From Candidatus Niyogibacteria bacterium (GTDB lineage: Bacteria > Patescibacteriota > Minisyncoccia > HO2-45-28): DNA of 64,000 nt. The stretch is from positions 5,292 to 69,291 of the forward strand of contig JACOYI010000004.1 of NCBI GenBank assembly GCA_016181935.1, read 5' to 3'. Positions 54,050 through 63,678 of the stretch are shown in pieces (position 1 is the first letter of the stretch; each line of letters begins with the position of its first letter). Below the pieces are notes generated by a model. It was given only the letters and a program-made list of their open reading frames with translations. It ran no database searches and was not told the DNA's origin. Position numbers and translations under genes: made by a program.

Positions 54050-54386
54050 AAATTTTCTTAATTTAACTCTGCAGAGTTCGCTTAAACTTCGACTAGTTAA
54101 GTCCTCTGCATTAAATAATCAATCTAATAACAATTTTCGGAAGATGGAATCAAATTCCGAATCGTCTCGCGATCCGCCAACGGGCGGAGGCGGACGATCA
54201 TCGACCGTTCAATCCCATCATTAATAGCAATTGAATTAAGAGACCACCATCGGTATTTAATTATCAACGTGCGCGTTGTGTCCGTATTTCAGAAATACAG
54301 GAAAGAAGCCGCGCTTCGGCTCTTTTAAATTACGCTCTGCTCGAAAACAGTCGTGCATTCGCACCGACAATCAGCATTACGTTTCT

Positions 54387-54433
54387 ATTATACGGCGTCT
54401 TCAAATCCATGCAATGTTCTTCCGTGTGGATAA
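54387..54433 (-). promoter_or_regulatory. promoter TTGCAT-N16-TATAAT with TTATCCACA exactly 10 nt upstream of -35
   Basis: Minus strand TTATCCACAcggaagaacaTTGCATggatttgaagacgccgTATAAT; same spacing as rpoB promoter. Confidence 0.45.
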
Positions 54434-54527
54434 CTTATTGCGTCGTTTGAAGACAATTTTCAGCGTATCGTTTCCTGAAGAAATGGTCAATAAAAAACCG
54501 CAATAAGGGTATAAATCCCGAAAAATG

Positions 54528-55220
54528 TCAATTTCCCGCCATTTTATACCGCCGCCAGCGCTTATCGCCTTCTTTCAAAAGCAGTCCTTCGTTCGCCATT
54601 CCGACAAGATCGCGCTGGATGGTCTTGGCGCTCGCCTGGCCCTGAAAAACCGACATAAGATCCCCGATACTCACCCAATCCTGCCCCCCTATAAATGAAA
54701 GGATTTTTTCTCGCCGCTCCTGATTGGCTAACGCACCCGAATGTGAAACCCCGCTTTCTTTTCGCTTAACCGAGCCGGCCTTCGAATGACCGATCTGTAA
54801 TGGACGCGTGGAATCATCGGACAAATCAATGGATTCCGTTAGAAAGGCGTCTTTCTGGCTTATTAAAAAGTCCATTACCATTGAATATTCCCTCTTTAGG
54901 ACATTGAAGTTTATCTCGGACACAAAAGAATTGGACGCGGCAAGTTCCAATACACGCAGAGACCGACTGATACCTTCGCGAATTGACTCTATCTCTCGAA
55001 CGCGCTCCGGAAGAGAGATCGAGCGAATCTTTAGTATTGAATTGAGGGTCTCGATCGCCTCTTTCCGCAATGTCCACTTGAGCGGCTCCGTGTCCTTGAA
55101 AAAATCCGTCACCCGATACAGGGCTTCTGTTATTTTTTGAGCGCGATCCGAAAGATGATCAATATGTCCTTGAGTGTCGGCCATTGAACTCACCGTACCG
55201 CGCTTTCCCCATTCGGACAA
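54528..55220 (-). CDS. putative transcriptional regulator with C-terminal winged-helix domain
   Basis: 230 aa; C-terminal ILSFIGGQDWVSIGDLMSVFQGQASAKTIQRDLVGMANEGLL (DeoR/wHTH-like). Confidence 0.45.
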   Translation of the reverse strand: MSEWGKRGTVSSMADTQGHIDHLSDRAQKITEALYRVTDFFKDTEPLKWTLRKEAIETLNSILKIRSISLPERVREIESIREGISRSLRVLELAASNSFVSEINFNVLKREYSMVMDFLISQKDAFLTESIDLSDDSTRPLQIGHSKAGSVKRKESGVSHSGALANQERREKILSFIGGQDWVSIGDLMSVFQGQASAKTIQRDLVGMANEGLLLKEGDKRWRRYKMAGN

Positions 55221-55238
55221 CTTGTCCTTATCTAAAAA

Positions 55239-56972
55239 TCATTGCGTAGCGAGAGAATCCCGCTTATAAATTCGAAATACTTCTTCTCCGCGCGGATTCT
55301 GGATGCCGTTATACGGCAAGTCGCGGGCCAACGCCTGAAATTCGGACGTGGGAACGATCGCCGTGTGAAAGACAAAATAATAGTTACGAAACCCGACACG
55401 GTCATAATAATCGGGTCCCTGTTCGCGCAAATATCGAAAATAGGTTTCGAGCGTAATGACGGGCCAGCCGTGATAGATATGAAGCCGGTCGAGCACCCAG
55501 AGTTTTGCCCCTCGGTCAACATTACCGTAGATCACGATCATCGCGGGGTACGGCTGTTTTCCCGCTTCCCTATCGCGGCGCAAAAATCGTTCCTGCATAT
55601 CGTCAAGAAATTGATACCGCACATCGAACCGGAGTGCCGGCATTGTGCCCGAGAGCTCTTTTTTGAAATAATCGGCGAGCGCATTGTATCCCCAATTATA
55701 ATTTTCGTAGCGCACCTTTGACGCAAGCCATGGTGTAGGGCCTGCCGGATAATATGCAATGACATTATTGGCCGTATAAAAAAGTTCGAATGCGACGAGC
55801 ACCGCGAGTGCTGCGAACCCAAAGCGGCGGCGATTCTCAAAGAACGGCGCGAGCGTGTCCAGCCCGAGCGCAGCGATGAGCGCCAAAAATGGCGTAAGCA
55901 TCGTCAAAAAACGATATGAAGGGCCGATCTTTAAAAGCAGGAGCAAAAGCCAGAAAACGCTCAAGGCGAGAAGCGCGTGGCGCCGAAAACCAAGAACTGC
56001 TCTAAAGAAACCCCCTATGAGGACCCTTAAGCGCACCGCGAAACCCGCGAGCGACGCGACAACGAGCGTCAGAAAAACCCACGAATTCGTGGCAATGAGC
56101 CGCGGAATAAAATTCGCCACGCGCTCCGTAACGGTACCGATATCTTTTCCGGGGGTCGCCTGCCACACCTCCGGATGCTGACCAAAAACAAACGAGAGCT
56201 GAAAATCAAAATGCCCGACAGCGCGATAAAGCATTGCATTGTAAATAATAACGGGGCTTGCCATGGCAACGGCAAGCAATACGCCGAACCATATCTCTTT
56301 CCTGCGAAAACAATCGCGCCGGAAAAATCCCGCATAAGTAAGAATGATCGGCGCGAGGATCGCGGCGTTATATTTGGCAAGGAATCCGAGCCCGACCGCC
56401 GCCCCCACTCCGGGCCAATACCGGTCGTCATCGAGCGCCCGTCCGAAAAAATAAAGCCCTAGAAGCAAGAAAAAAATCACATACGCCTCCTGCATCCCAA
56501 GGCGCGAAATGTAATTGTGATTAAGCGTTATCGCCAAGAGCAGGGCCGCAATGAGTCCCGCGCGCTCTGAATACAACCGGCGGCCCAAAAGATATAAAAG
56601 ATAAACGGATGCGACGCCGAATACTGCGGACGGAAACCGCATCCCAAAATTATTTTCTCCAAAAATGCCGATGGAGAGATGCTCGATCCAAAAAACAAGC
56701 GGCGGATGGTCGTGGAACGACCAGTGCGCCCACCATGGGATATCGGCTTGCCCGCCTAAATTTTCCGCAGCGGAATTTTGGCGGGAATCGAACCATTCCC
56801 AAGGCGTGGTCTGATGCTCCGCCTCGTCAAAATCCATAAGGCCGATGGCGCGAAACCCGTAAAAAACCTCGTCATTGACCGGATCCCCGCGCGCAATCCA
56901 GCCGACGCGCAACACGGCCGCGAGCACGAGGATCGCGATCAATGCATACCGGAATGTCGGTTTTTTCCCCAT
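55239..56972 (-). CDS. GT39/GT83 (ArnT/PMT-like) glycosyltransferase
   Basis: 577 aa; multi-TM with conserved N-terminal loop (DEVFYGFRA..) characteristic of the dolichyl-phosphate-mannose protein mannosyltransferase/ArnT fold. Confidence 0.75.
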   Translation of the reverse strand: MGKKPTFRYALIAILVLAAVLRVGWIARGDPVNDEVFYGFRAIGLMDFDEAEHQTTPWEWFDSRQNSAAENLGGQADIPWWAHWSFHDHPPLVFWIEHLSIGIFGENNFGMRFPSAVFGVASVYLLYLLGRRLYSERAGLIAALLLAITLNHNYISRLGMQEAYVIFFLLLGLYFFGRALDDDRYWPGVGAAVGLGFLAKYNAAILAPIILTYAGFFRRDCFRRKEIWFGVLLAVAMASPVIIYNAMLYRAVGHFDFQLSFVFGQHPEVWQATPGKDIGTVTERVANFIPRLIATNSWVFLTLVVASLAGFAVRLRVLIGGFFRAVLGFRRHALLALSVFWLLLLLLKIGPSYRFLTMLTPFLALIAALGLDTLAPFFENRRRFGFAALAVLVAFELFYTANNVIAYYPAGPTPWLASKVRYENYNWGYNALADYFKKELSGTMPALRFDVRYQFLDDMQERFLRRDREAGKQPYPAMIVIYGNVDRGAKLWVLDRLHIYHGWPVITLETYFRYLREQGPDYYDRVGFRNYYFVFHTAIVPTSEFQALARDLPYNGIQNPRGEEVFRIYKRDSLATQ

Positions 56973-56991
56973 TTACTATTACTATAAACGC

Positions 56992-58446
56992 ATGTCGGCA
57001 CCATCGTCTAAAATATTGCTTGGCGTTTTTATTGCCGCATACATCCTTGTTTTCGGAACGCTCACCCTCCTCCGCCACGCCGATTTTCAAACGCAGGCAT
57101 GGGATATGGGTATTTTCCAGCAAACATTCTGGAATACCATCCATGGCCGCGTGATGCAAAACACCATCGAGGAAATTCCGAATCACCTCGGCATTCACAT
57201 GAGCCCGCTCTTGTTCCTTCTCGTACCGGGCTTTGCCTTGTTCCCGAGTCCTTACTATTTATTGGTGATACAAACCCTGGCCTTGGCGCTGGGCGCGATC
57301 CCCGCTTACCTGCTTGCGCTGCACATTCTCAAAAACCGGCGCCTCGCGCTGTTTTTTGCGGGCGCGTATCTTCTGTACCCGCCGCTTCATTGGGTCAACT
57401 GGTTCGATTTCCACGAGATCGCTTTTTTCGTGCCGCTCGCGCTCGGCGGGCTGTATTTTCTGGAACAGCGACGCTGGGGCTGGGCATGGATTTTTCTCAT
57501 TCTTGCGGCAAGCACAAAAGAAGACGCAATCCTCGCGGTCGCGGCGATCGGTTTTTGGCTTTTTGTTAAAAAATACCCTTTATCAACAGTTTATCCACCT
57601 AAAGGACTAACCTTTGGGTTTTTGACCAAAGAACGCATCCATGGGGCGCTTCTTTTGACTGTCATGCTCGGCTATTTTATCATCGCCACCAAACTTATCA
57701 TGCCGGCGCTCGGCGGCGGACTTGTGCGATTAGATCGCTATGCCGAGCTGGGAGAAACCTCGCTCGCAATCGTCAAAAATCTTCTTCTTCATCCATCGCT
57801 TCTCATTCAAACCGTTATTACGGTTGAAAAAATCAATTATGTTTTCTGGCTCCTTGCCTCTTTCGCGTTCCTGCCTCTTGCCGCCGGACGCGCGCTGATT
57901 CTTGCGGCACCCGGCTTTCTTGAAAATTTGCTGACGGCATTTAAATTCCAATTTTCATCTTTTTATCAATATGACGCCATCCTCATTCCGGCGCTTCTTG
58001 TCGCGTCGCTCTACGGCTTCGACCGCCTTCGTGTCCGGTGGCCGAAACAAGAAAAAGTATTCGCGAGTATTTTTTTGATCATAGTGGGTGGCGCATTCGT
58101 TCTTCGCTCACCCATCGGCCCTCTTTCGTTTCCCACGGAATTTTTCCGCGCCAACCCCCATCGGGACGCCTATCGCGCAATGATCCGTGAGGTTCCCAAC
58201 GAAGCAAGCGTTGCCGCATACACGAATCTCATTCCCCATCTTTCAAATCGCGAACACGTCTACATGCTTGGCCAGGAACCGTTTACGGCAGACGTCATAC
58301 TCCTCGACGGGGGTGATTATTTCGGCTTTCCGGATCCCAAAGCCTTCCAAATATATGCGGATTCATACGCTCTATCGGAACTTTATGACATTCGCATCAT
58401 TGATGAACGGTATTTCATCTTCACCCGTAAAAATTTTTCGCAATAA
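56992..58446 (+). CDS. DUF2079 family membrane protein
   Basis: 484 aa from ATG 56992; multi-TM; AWDMGIFQQTFWNT..HF.P pattern typical of DUF2079. Confidence 0.6.
   Translation: MSAPSSKILLGVFIAAYILVFGTLTLLRHADFQTQAWDMGIFQQTFWNTIHGRVMQNTIEEIPNHLGIHMSPLLFLLVPGFALFPSPYYLLVIQTLALALGAIPAYLLALHILKNRRLALFFAGAYLLYPPLHWVNWFDFHEIAFFVPLALGGLYFLEQRRWGWAWIFLILAASTKEDAILAVAAIGFWLFVKKYPLSTVYPPKGLTFGFLTKERIHGALLLTVMLGYFIIATKLIMPALGGGLVRLDRYAELGETSLAIVKNLLLHPSLLIQTVITVEKINYVFWLLASFAFLPLAAGRALILAAPGFLENLLTAFKFQFSSFYQYDAILIPALLVASLYGFDRLRVRWPKQEKVFASIFLIIVGGAFVLRSPIGPLSFPTEFFRANPHRDAYRAMIREVPNEASVAAYTNLIPHLSNREHVYMLGQEPFTADVILLDGGDYFGFPDPKAFQIYADSYALSELYDIRIIDERYFIFTRKNFSQ
57580..57612. repeat. degenerate REP copy inside DUF2079 coding sequence
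   Basis: tttatccacctaaaggactaacctttgggtt. Confidence 0.45.
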
Positions 58447-58556
58447 AAACCCAAAGGGTAGTCCTTTGTGTTAACAATCTGTGGATAACTAAAGCAAAAA
58501 GGCAACTTATGCACAGGTTATCCACCCAAAGGACTACCCTTTGGGTGTTTATCCAC
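58447..58556. repeat. BIME-like composite REP
   Basis: CCCAAAGGGTAGTCCTTTG-..ctgtggataact..-GGTTATCCACCCAAAGGACTACCCTTTGGG-tgtttatccac. Confidence 0.85.
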
Positions 58557-59298
58557 GAAGACGTAGCAGAAGCACCTTCCGAAAACTTTCGATGATGATG
58601 CCGAGATTCATTTTGGAAACACCGTGCTTGCGTTCCGTGAACACGATGGGAATCTCCGTGATGCGGAGCCCCTTACGGTGCACTTTGTATACCGTCTCGA
58701 TCTGAAAATTGTACCCCATGGAACTCACCTCCCCCCAATCGATCGCCTCGAGCGCCGCTCTCCGGTAACATTTGAATCCGGCGGTCAGGTCGCGGTACGG
58801 AACGCCGAGAACCGCCCTCGCATATACATTCGCAAAAAAAGAAAGCGCCCTGCGCGCGCGGTCCCAGTTCCGTATGCCGCCGCCCGCAATATAGCGCGAA
58901 CCGATCACCACATCGGCATCCTGTACCGCCTCGAGAAGGCGCGGAATGACCGTGGGATCATGCGACCAGTCGGCGTCCATCTGGATGACATGGTCGGGAA
59001 CGCCCCAATCACAGATTTGTCCCGCGAGGATGGCGCGGAACGCCTCGGCATATGCCGTACCCAGCCCACGTTTTGCGGGGCGTCCGATCAAATGGACCGG
59101 ATATAATGCCGCAAGTTCCCGCACCGCATCCGCTGTGCCGTCCGGCGATGCATCATCCACGACGATCATTTTCAGGTCCGGAACCCCTAATGCAAAAATG
59201 GCACGACCCAGCGCCCCGATATTATCCCGCTCGTTATAGGTGGGAATGACGATGAAAACAGACATTATTCGTGTTTTGACAACCGCCGTTTTTGCCAA
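58549..59298 (-). CDS. GT2 polyprenol-phosphate sugar synthase (Dpm1-like)
   Basis: 249 aa; TTG start with AAAGGA SD; IVIPTYNE..DDASPDGT..D.D motifs. Confidence 0.8.
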   Translation of the reverse strand: MAKTAVVKTRIMSVFIVIPTYNERDNIGALGRAIFALGVPDLKMIVVDDASPDGTADAVRELAALYPVHLIGRPAKRGLGTAYAEAFRAILAGQICDWGVPDHVIQMDADWSHDPTVIPRLLEAVQDADVVIGSRYIAGGGIRNWDRARRALSFFANVYARAVLGVPYRDLTAGFKCYRRAALEAIDWGEVSSMGYNFQIETVYKVHRKGLRITEIPIVFTERKHGVSKMNLGIIIESFRKVLLLRLRG

Positions 59299-59825
59299 AC
59301 ATCATATCCTTTATTCGCCGCTATCCCGATGAAAACACCGAGAAGCGCCCCGCCCGCGATGTCGCTCGGCCAGTGGACGCCCGCAAAAATGCGCGCGACC
59401 CCCATGATGATCGAGGCCGCAAAAAACCAGATGCCGAGCTTCCGATGAAAATGAAAAAGGACCGTGGAAAGCGCGAAGAAAAAAATCGCGTGTCCCGACG
59501 GGAACGAATTCCAATACTCCTCTAAGGACTTTGCGATCAGCACGGAACTGTCCGGAAACAAAACGAACGGCCGTGCGCGCTCCGTGAAAAAAACGATCGC
59601 GGGCTTGACGACGAATCGTGCGACAACAGCGGCGCCAAGCCCCCACGCGACCATCGTCCGATTGCGCGCCCGTTCGGATAACGGCCGCCACAAAAATACG
59701 AGCACCAACAAAACAAGAATATATTGGCTGTACGCGGCCACAAAAATACCCGCGGCATCCATGAGGCGCGATGTGCCGGCAAAATTATTCAGGAAATGGA
59801 ACAAAGCCGCATCCAGCGCCCGCAT
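59265..59825 (-). CDS. PAP2 family phosphatase
   Basis: 186 aa; KxxxxxxRP ... PSGH ... R....GVHWPSD motifs. Confidence 0.8.
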   Translation of the reverse strand: MRALDAALFHFLNNFAGTSRLMDAAGIFVAAYSQYILVLLVLVFLWRPLSERARNRTMVAWGLGAAVVARFVVKPAIVFFTERARPFVLFPDSSVLIAKSLEEYWNSFPSGHAIFFFALSTVLFHFHRKLGIWFFAASIIMGVARIFAGVHWPSDIAGGALLGVFIGIAANKGYDVWQKRRLSKHE

Positions 59826-59930
59826 AATTCTCTTACTCTAAAGCCAAAACCCGCCGCGCTCAAGTGCGGCGGGTTTTCACATAGAACCATTGGGTGAAGG
59901 CAACCCTAGTCGCCGTTCATCCCCTTGTCC

Positions 59931-60194
59931 TTATCGTTTCGAGAAGTAGTTGTAGAACCAGCCCCACGCGTACCCGATCAGCCATCCGAATACGGCGAGT
60001 GCGACCAGCATCCCCACAAAATCCCCGAACGCGATGGACTTGGGAACCATTTTTGCGATATCGGCCCCAAAAAACTGCGCGTTGAACAGGAATTTGAACG
60101 CCTCCGGCATCGCCGTCCACAGCACATAAAATACGATGTAGACAGCGGCGGTGATGGCGGCCAACGAATTGGCAAGTGCGATTTTATTGAACAT
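59931..60194 (-). CDS. small membrane protein
   Basis: 87 aa, two TM helices. Confidence 0.45.
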   Translation of the reverse strand: MFNKIALANSLAAITAAVYIVFYVLWTAMPEAFKFLFNAQFFGADIAKMVPKSIAFGDFVGMLVALAVFGWLIGYAWGWFYNYFSKR

Positions 60195-60318
60195 AGACCG
60201 CGGTATTTCTATTTCTAATAAATTCTAATAAAAGAGACCTTTTTTTAATTCTTTTTCAGTATACCACATCAACCGGCCGCCGCCACCCGATGGTGGGGAT
60301 AAATAGCGGATCGAAGTG

Positions 60319-60389
60319 CTGCGGGGCTTGGATTCGAACCAAAATACCATGCTTCAGAGGCATGTGTCCTACCGTTAGACGACCCCGCA
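60319..60389 (-). tRNA. tRNA-Gln (anticodon CTG)
   Basis: U1-A72 acceptor TGCGGGG/CCCCGCA, anticodon stem CATGC/GCATG with loop CTCTGAA, T-loop TTCGAAT. Confidence 0.8.
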
Positions 60390-60710
60390 ATATGTTCTTA
60401 TTCTATGGCAATTGGCACACACCAAATCGCATTTATCAATTTCTGCCAAAATCTTATCTTTGGAATAACTATGCACATTGATCATCTGATTAATACCCGC
60501 CATCTTTGTTTTTCTGTCTCTATGATCAAAATCCATTACATAGGATGGATATTGCATTCCGCAATCCGTACAGGGTTTTTGCTTTAAAGCATTCACAAAC
60601 TTAATCAAATTCTCTCTTCTTTTGATGTTTTTCTGCCTATAAAGCTGCCTATTTCTCAAATAGTATCTTTTGTGGCATTCCCTTCTTTTGACAATATCCT
60701 TATATGGCAC
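60375..60710 (-). CDS. HNH endonuclease
   Basis: 111 aa; CTDCG...MDFDH...CANCH zinc-finger HNH motif; about 35% GC; 3' end overlaps tRNA-Gln by 15 nt. Confidence 0.7.
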   Translation of the reverse strand: MPYKDIVKRRECHKRYYLRNRQLYRQKNIKRRENLIKFVNALKQKPCTDCGMQYPSYVMDFDHRDRKTKMAGINQMINVHSYSKDKILAEIDKCDLVCANCHRIRTYCGVV

Positions 60711-60750
60711 TATTTAACTTTATAGCATATGAACCATGTTATCAAATTCA

Positions 60751-60783
60751 GAGTCCGCTATCCTACCGTTAGATGACCCGGCA
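60751..60783 (-). repeat. duplicated 5' fragment of tRNA-Gln (direct repeat bounding the HNH insert)
   Basis: tcctaccgttagatgacccggca vs tRNA tcctaccgttagacgaccccgca (21/23). Confidence 0.65.
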
Positions 60784-60794
60784 ATGATAAACCC

Positions 60795-61709
60795 TTATAC
60801 CTTAAGATACCGCCGGATGGCAATGACGGACGAGAGTGTTCCCAACAGAATGCCGCAAGAAAGCAAAATGAGAAAGATCTGGAAAAAATGCGCGAGATAA
60901 TAATGAAAGAGATTCAATCCCCCGAAAAATTTTGCCGCCTGCGGCCCGAACCAGAATGTCAGCGGATAAAAAAGGACCGTGGTGATGAATGCCGCAAAGA
61001 TCCCATAAAGCGCCCCGCTCACCACAAAAGGTCCGCGCACATAGGCGGATGACGCGCCAACGACTTTCATGACCGAGATCTCGTCCCGGGCGACATAGAT
61101 CGCGAGCCGAATGGTGTTCAGCACCACAAGAACCGCGATCGCGGCAAGCGCTATCGTGATCCCGAGGCCGACCGCGCGCCCGGCCGAAAGCACTTTCGAC
61201 AGCCGTTCGATCACCACCTGATTTTGAAAATAATTGACCTTATCAATGATCGCCTGATAGACGCTCGATTCCAGAAATCGCGCGATCACTTCGTATTGTT
61301 CCGGACTTTCGGCGCGGATATTCAAACTTGCCTGCAACGGGTTATCCGCAAGCTCATCGAGCGATTGGGTGATCAGCGCATTGCCCGCATGGCGCGCCCG
61401 GAATTTGGCAAGCGCGTCATCGCGCGAAACATACGCAATAGACCTCACTTGAGGCAATTGGGCGATCGCGGCGTTCGCGGCAAGAATATCCTGTTCCGCC
61501 GCATCCGTCCGAAAATAGACGCTGATATCCACCTGCCCCTCGATCTGGGAAAGCGCCGAGGTCAGCAAAACATTCGAGAACAGGAGCGAGCCGATGACAA
61601 AAACCGCGAGCGTCATGACAAGCGTCGCGGTCAGCGACACCCAGCCGTTCCGCCAAAAACTCATGAACCCGCCTCTGATGATCCGCTGGATAGTGACTCC
61701 GGTTGCCAT
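60795..61709 (-). CDS. ftsX: cell division ABC transporter permease FtsX
   Basis: 304 aa; 4 TM with large periplasmic loop. Confidence 0.85.
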   Translation of the reverse strand: MATGVTIQRIIRGGFMSFWRNGWVSLTATLVMTLAVFVIGSLLFSNVLLTSALSQIEGQVDISVYFRTDAAEQDILAANAAIAQLPQVRSIAYVSRDDALAKFRARHAGNALITQSLDELADNPLQASLNIRAESPEQYEVIARFLESSVYQAIIDKVNYFQNQVVIERLSKVLSAGRAVGLGITIALAAIAVLVVLNTIRLAIYVARDEISVMKVVGASSAYVRGPFVVSGALYGIFAAFITTVLFYPLTFWFGPQAAKFFGGLNLFHYYLAHFFQIFLILLSCGILLGTLSSVIAIRRYLKV

Positions 61710-61713
61710 AGCC

Positions 61714-62397
61714 CTATTTAATCATATACCGCCCTTTTTTGTCGTCGCGCACGACCTTCCCCGACTCGATGGTGACCACCCGCTTCTCAAGGGCGTTGAC
61801 AATATCATGATTGTGCGTCGCCAAAATCACGGTCGTTCCCAGCTCATTGATGCTTTTCAGGAGTCCCATGATCTCGCGCATGGAAATCGGATCGAGATTT
61901 CCGGTCGGTTCGTCCGCCAATACGACATCCGGCCGGTTGACAATGGCTCTGGCGATCGCGACCCGCTGTTTTTCGCCGCCCGACAATTCATTCGGAAAAT
62001 GCCACGCCTTGTCCGCGAGTCCCACAAGTTCGAGCGCTTGCGGAACATCCACCGCGATATCGGCATCGGCGGCCCCCGCCGCCTCCATGGCAAACGCGAT
62101 ATTCTCAAATGCGGTCTTCGACGGCAACAGACGGAAATCCTGAAACACGCACCCGATCCGGCGCCGGATCTGGATTACTTCATTCGGCGTCGCGTTATGG
62201 ACATTGAACGATTCAAAATACACTTCTCCGGAGGAGGGTTTTTCTTCCGCAAGCAGTAATTTTAAAAGCGTGGTTTTGCCTGCGCCCGACCTCCCCACGA
62301 TCGAAACGAATTCCTTGGGTTCGATCGCCAAACTCACCCCGTCGAGCGCGATCGAGGTTGCCGAATAGGTTTTAGATACTTTGTCGAAATAGATCAT
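61714..62397 (-). CDS. ftsE: cell division ATP-binding protein FtsE
   Basis: About 227 aa from MIYFDKVSK; Walker A GRSGAGKTT, LSGGEKQR, Walker B. Confidence 0.9.
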   Translation of the reverse strand: MIYFDKVSKTYSATSIALDGVSLAIEPKEFVSIVGRSGAGKTTLLKLLLAEEKPSSGEVYFESFNVHNATPNEVIQIRRRIGCVFQDFRLLPSKTAFENIAFAMEAAGAADADIAVDVPQALELVGLADKAWHFPNELSGGEKQRVAIARAIVNRPDVVLADEPTGNLDPISMREIMGLLKSINELGTTVILATHNHDIVNALEKRVVTIESGKVVRDDKKGRYMIK

Positions 62398-62413
62398 GCC
62401 AATTTGGACGGGA

Positions 62414-63494
62414 TTATTTAAGTTCAAGCTCCGCGTCAATAAATGAATCCAATTTCCCGTCGAGCACCGCCTCCACATCGCTCGTTTCAACTCCTGTCCG
62501 GTGATCTTTTACCATTTTATAGGGATGAAAAACGTACGAACGGATCTGATGTCCCCATTCGGCGGTTCCCGAACCGCCCTCCACCGTGAACGCGACGCCT
62601 TCTTTTTCCCGCTGTAGGCGCTCCCGCTTGTAGAGTCTGGCACGCAAGAGCTCCATGGCTTTTTCGCGGTTTTGCGATTGCGACCGCTCCGAATCCACAT
62701 GCACCTGAATGTTCGTCGGTTTATGGACGATGCGGACCGCGGTTTCGCGTTTATTCACATTCTGCCCGCCCGGACCCGATGAGCGCGCAAAGCTCACTTC
62801 GATATCGTCCGGACGGATATCCATTTCCTCGGCGTTCACACGCGCGGGCACGACCTCCACCAACGCGAATGACGTGTGCCGGAGTTTTTTGGCCGAAAAC
62901 GGCGAGATGCGCACTAGACGATGCACGCCCGCCTCGCCTTTCAGATATCCGTAGGCATAGGGCCCGTTCACTTCAAAGGTCACGTTTTTCGTCCCGCCGG
63001 TCTCATTCTGATGATGATGCAGAAGTTTTGCCGAGAAATGCATTTTTTCGGCCGCGCGGCGATACATATCGAGAAGGATGCGCGTCCAATCCTCGGCGTC
63101 ATCCCCGCCCGCACCTGCATAGATCGAGATCACCGCTGATTCCTTGTCGTATTTTCCCGACAGAAATGCCTTCTTTTTTTCGCGCTCGAATGTCCGTTCG
63201 AGCTCGGCAATATCCGCCTCAAGCAGAGCGGGATCCGGCTCTTTTTCGATGAGTTCCCGCAAGGATTCAACGTCGTCCCGTAATTTCTTCCATATCTCCT
63301 CCCCCTTTTTCAGATCGCCGAGGCGAGCCATGACACCTTCGGCTCGCTTCCGGTCATCCCAGAAATCCGGACGTGCGGTTTCTTTTTCGAGCGCCTCGAT
63401 CTCCCCGCGCTTTTTCGCGAGGTCAAAGACGGTCCGCCATGCGGCGGACGTTATCGTATAAAACACCGACCCGGTCTTTGAACATATCGGCCAT
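62414..63494 (-). CDS. prfB: peptide chain release factor 2, with programmed +1 frameshift
   Basis: Frame 0 ATG 63494 ...MADRL then CTT TGA C at 63428-63422; +1 frame continues [13 protein letters not shown]...SGPGGQ. Confidence 0.9.
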
Positions 63495-63549
63495 AGCGAT
63501 ATTTTATCACAAACCGGCCGGCAAACCAAGGGGAAAAAATCAATATCGG

Positions 63550-63622
63550 AGCCGACCCGGGGAGTTGAACCCCGAACCTACGGTTTACGATACCGTTGCT
63601 CTACCAATTGAGCTAGGTCGGC
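63550..63622 (-). tRNA. tRNA-Thr (anticodon CGT)
   Basis: Acceptor GCCGACC/GGTCGGC, D-arm GCTCAATTGGTAGAGC, anticodon stem ACGGT/ACCGT loop ATCGTAA, T-loop TTCAACT. Confidence 0.85.
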
Positions 63623-63678
63623 CTAATGACAACCAGTATAGACGAAACGGTTGAAAAATAAAGACGCTCGGTGGTATC

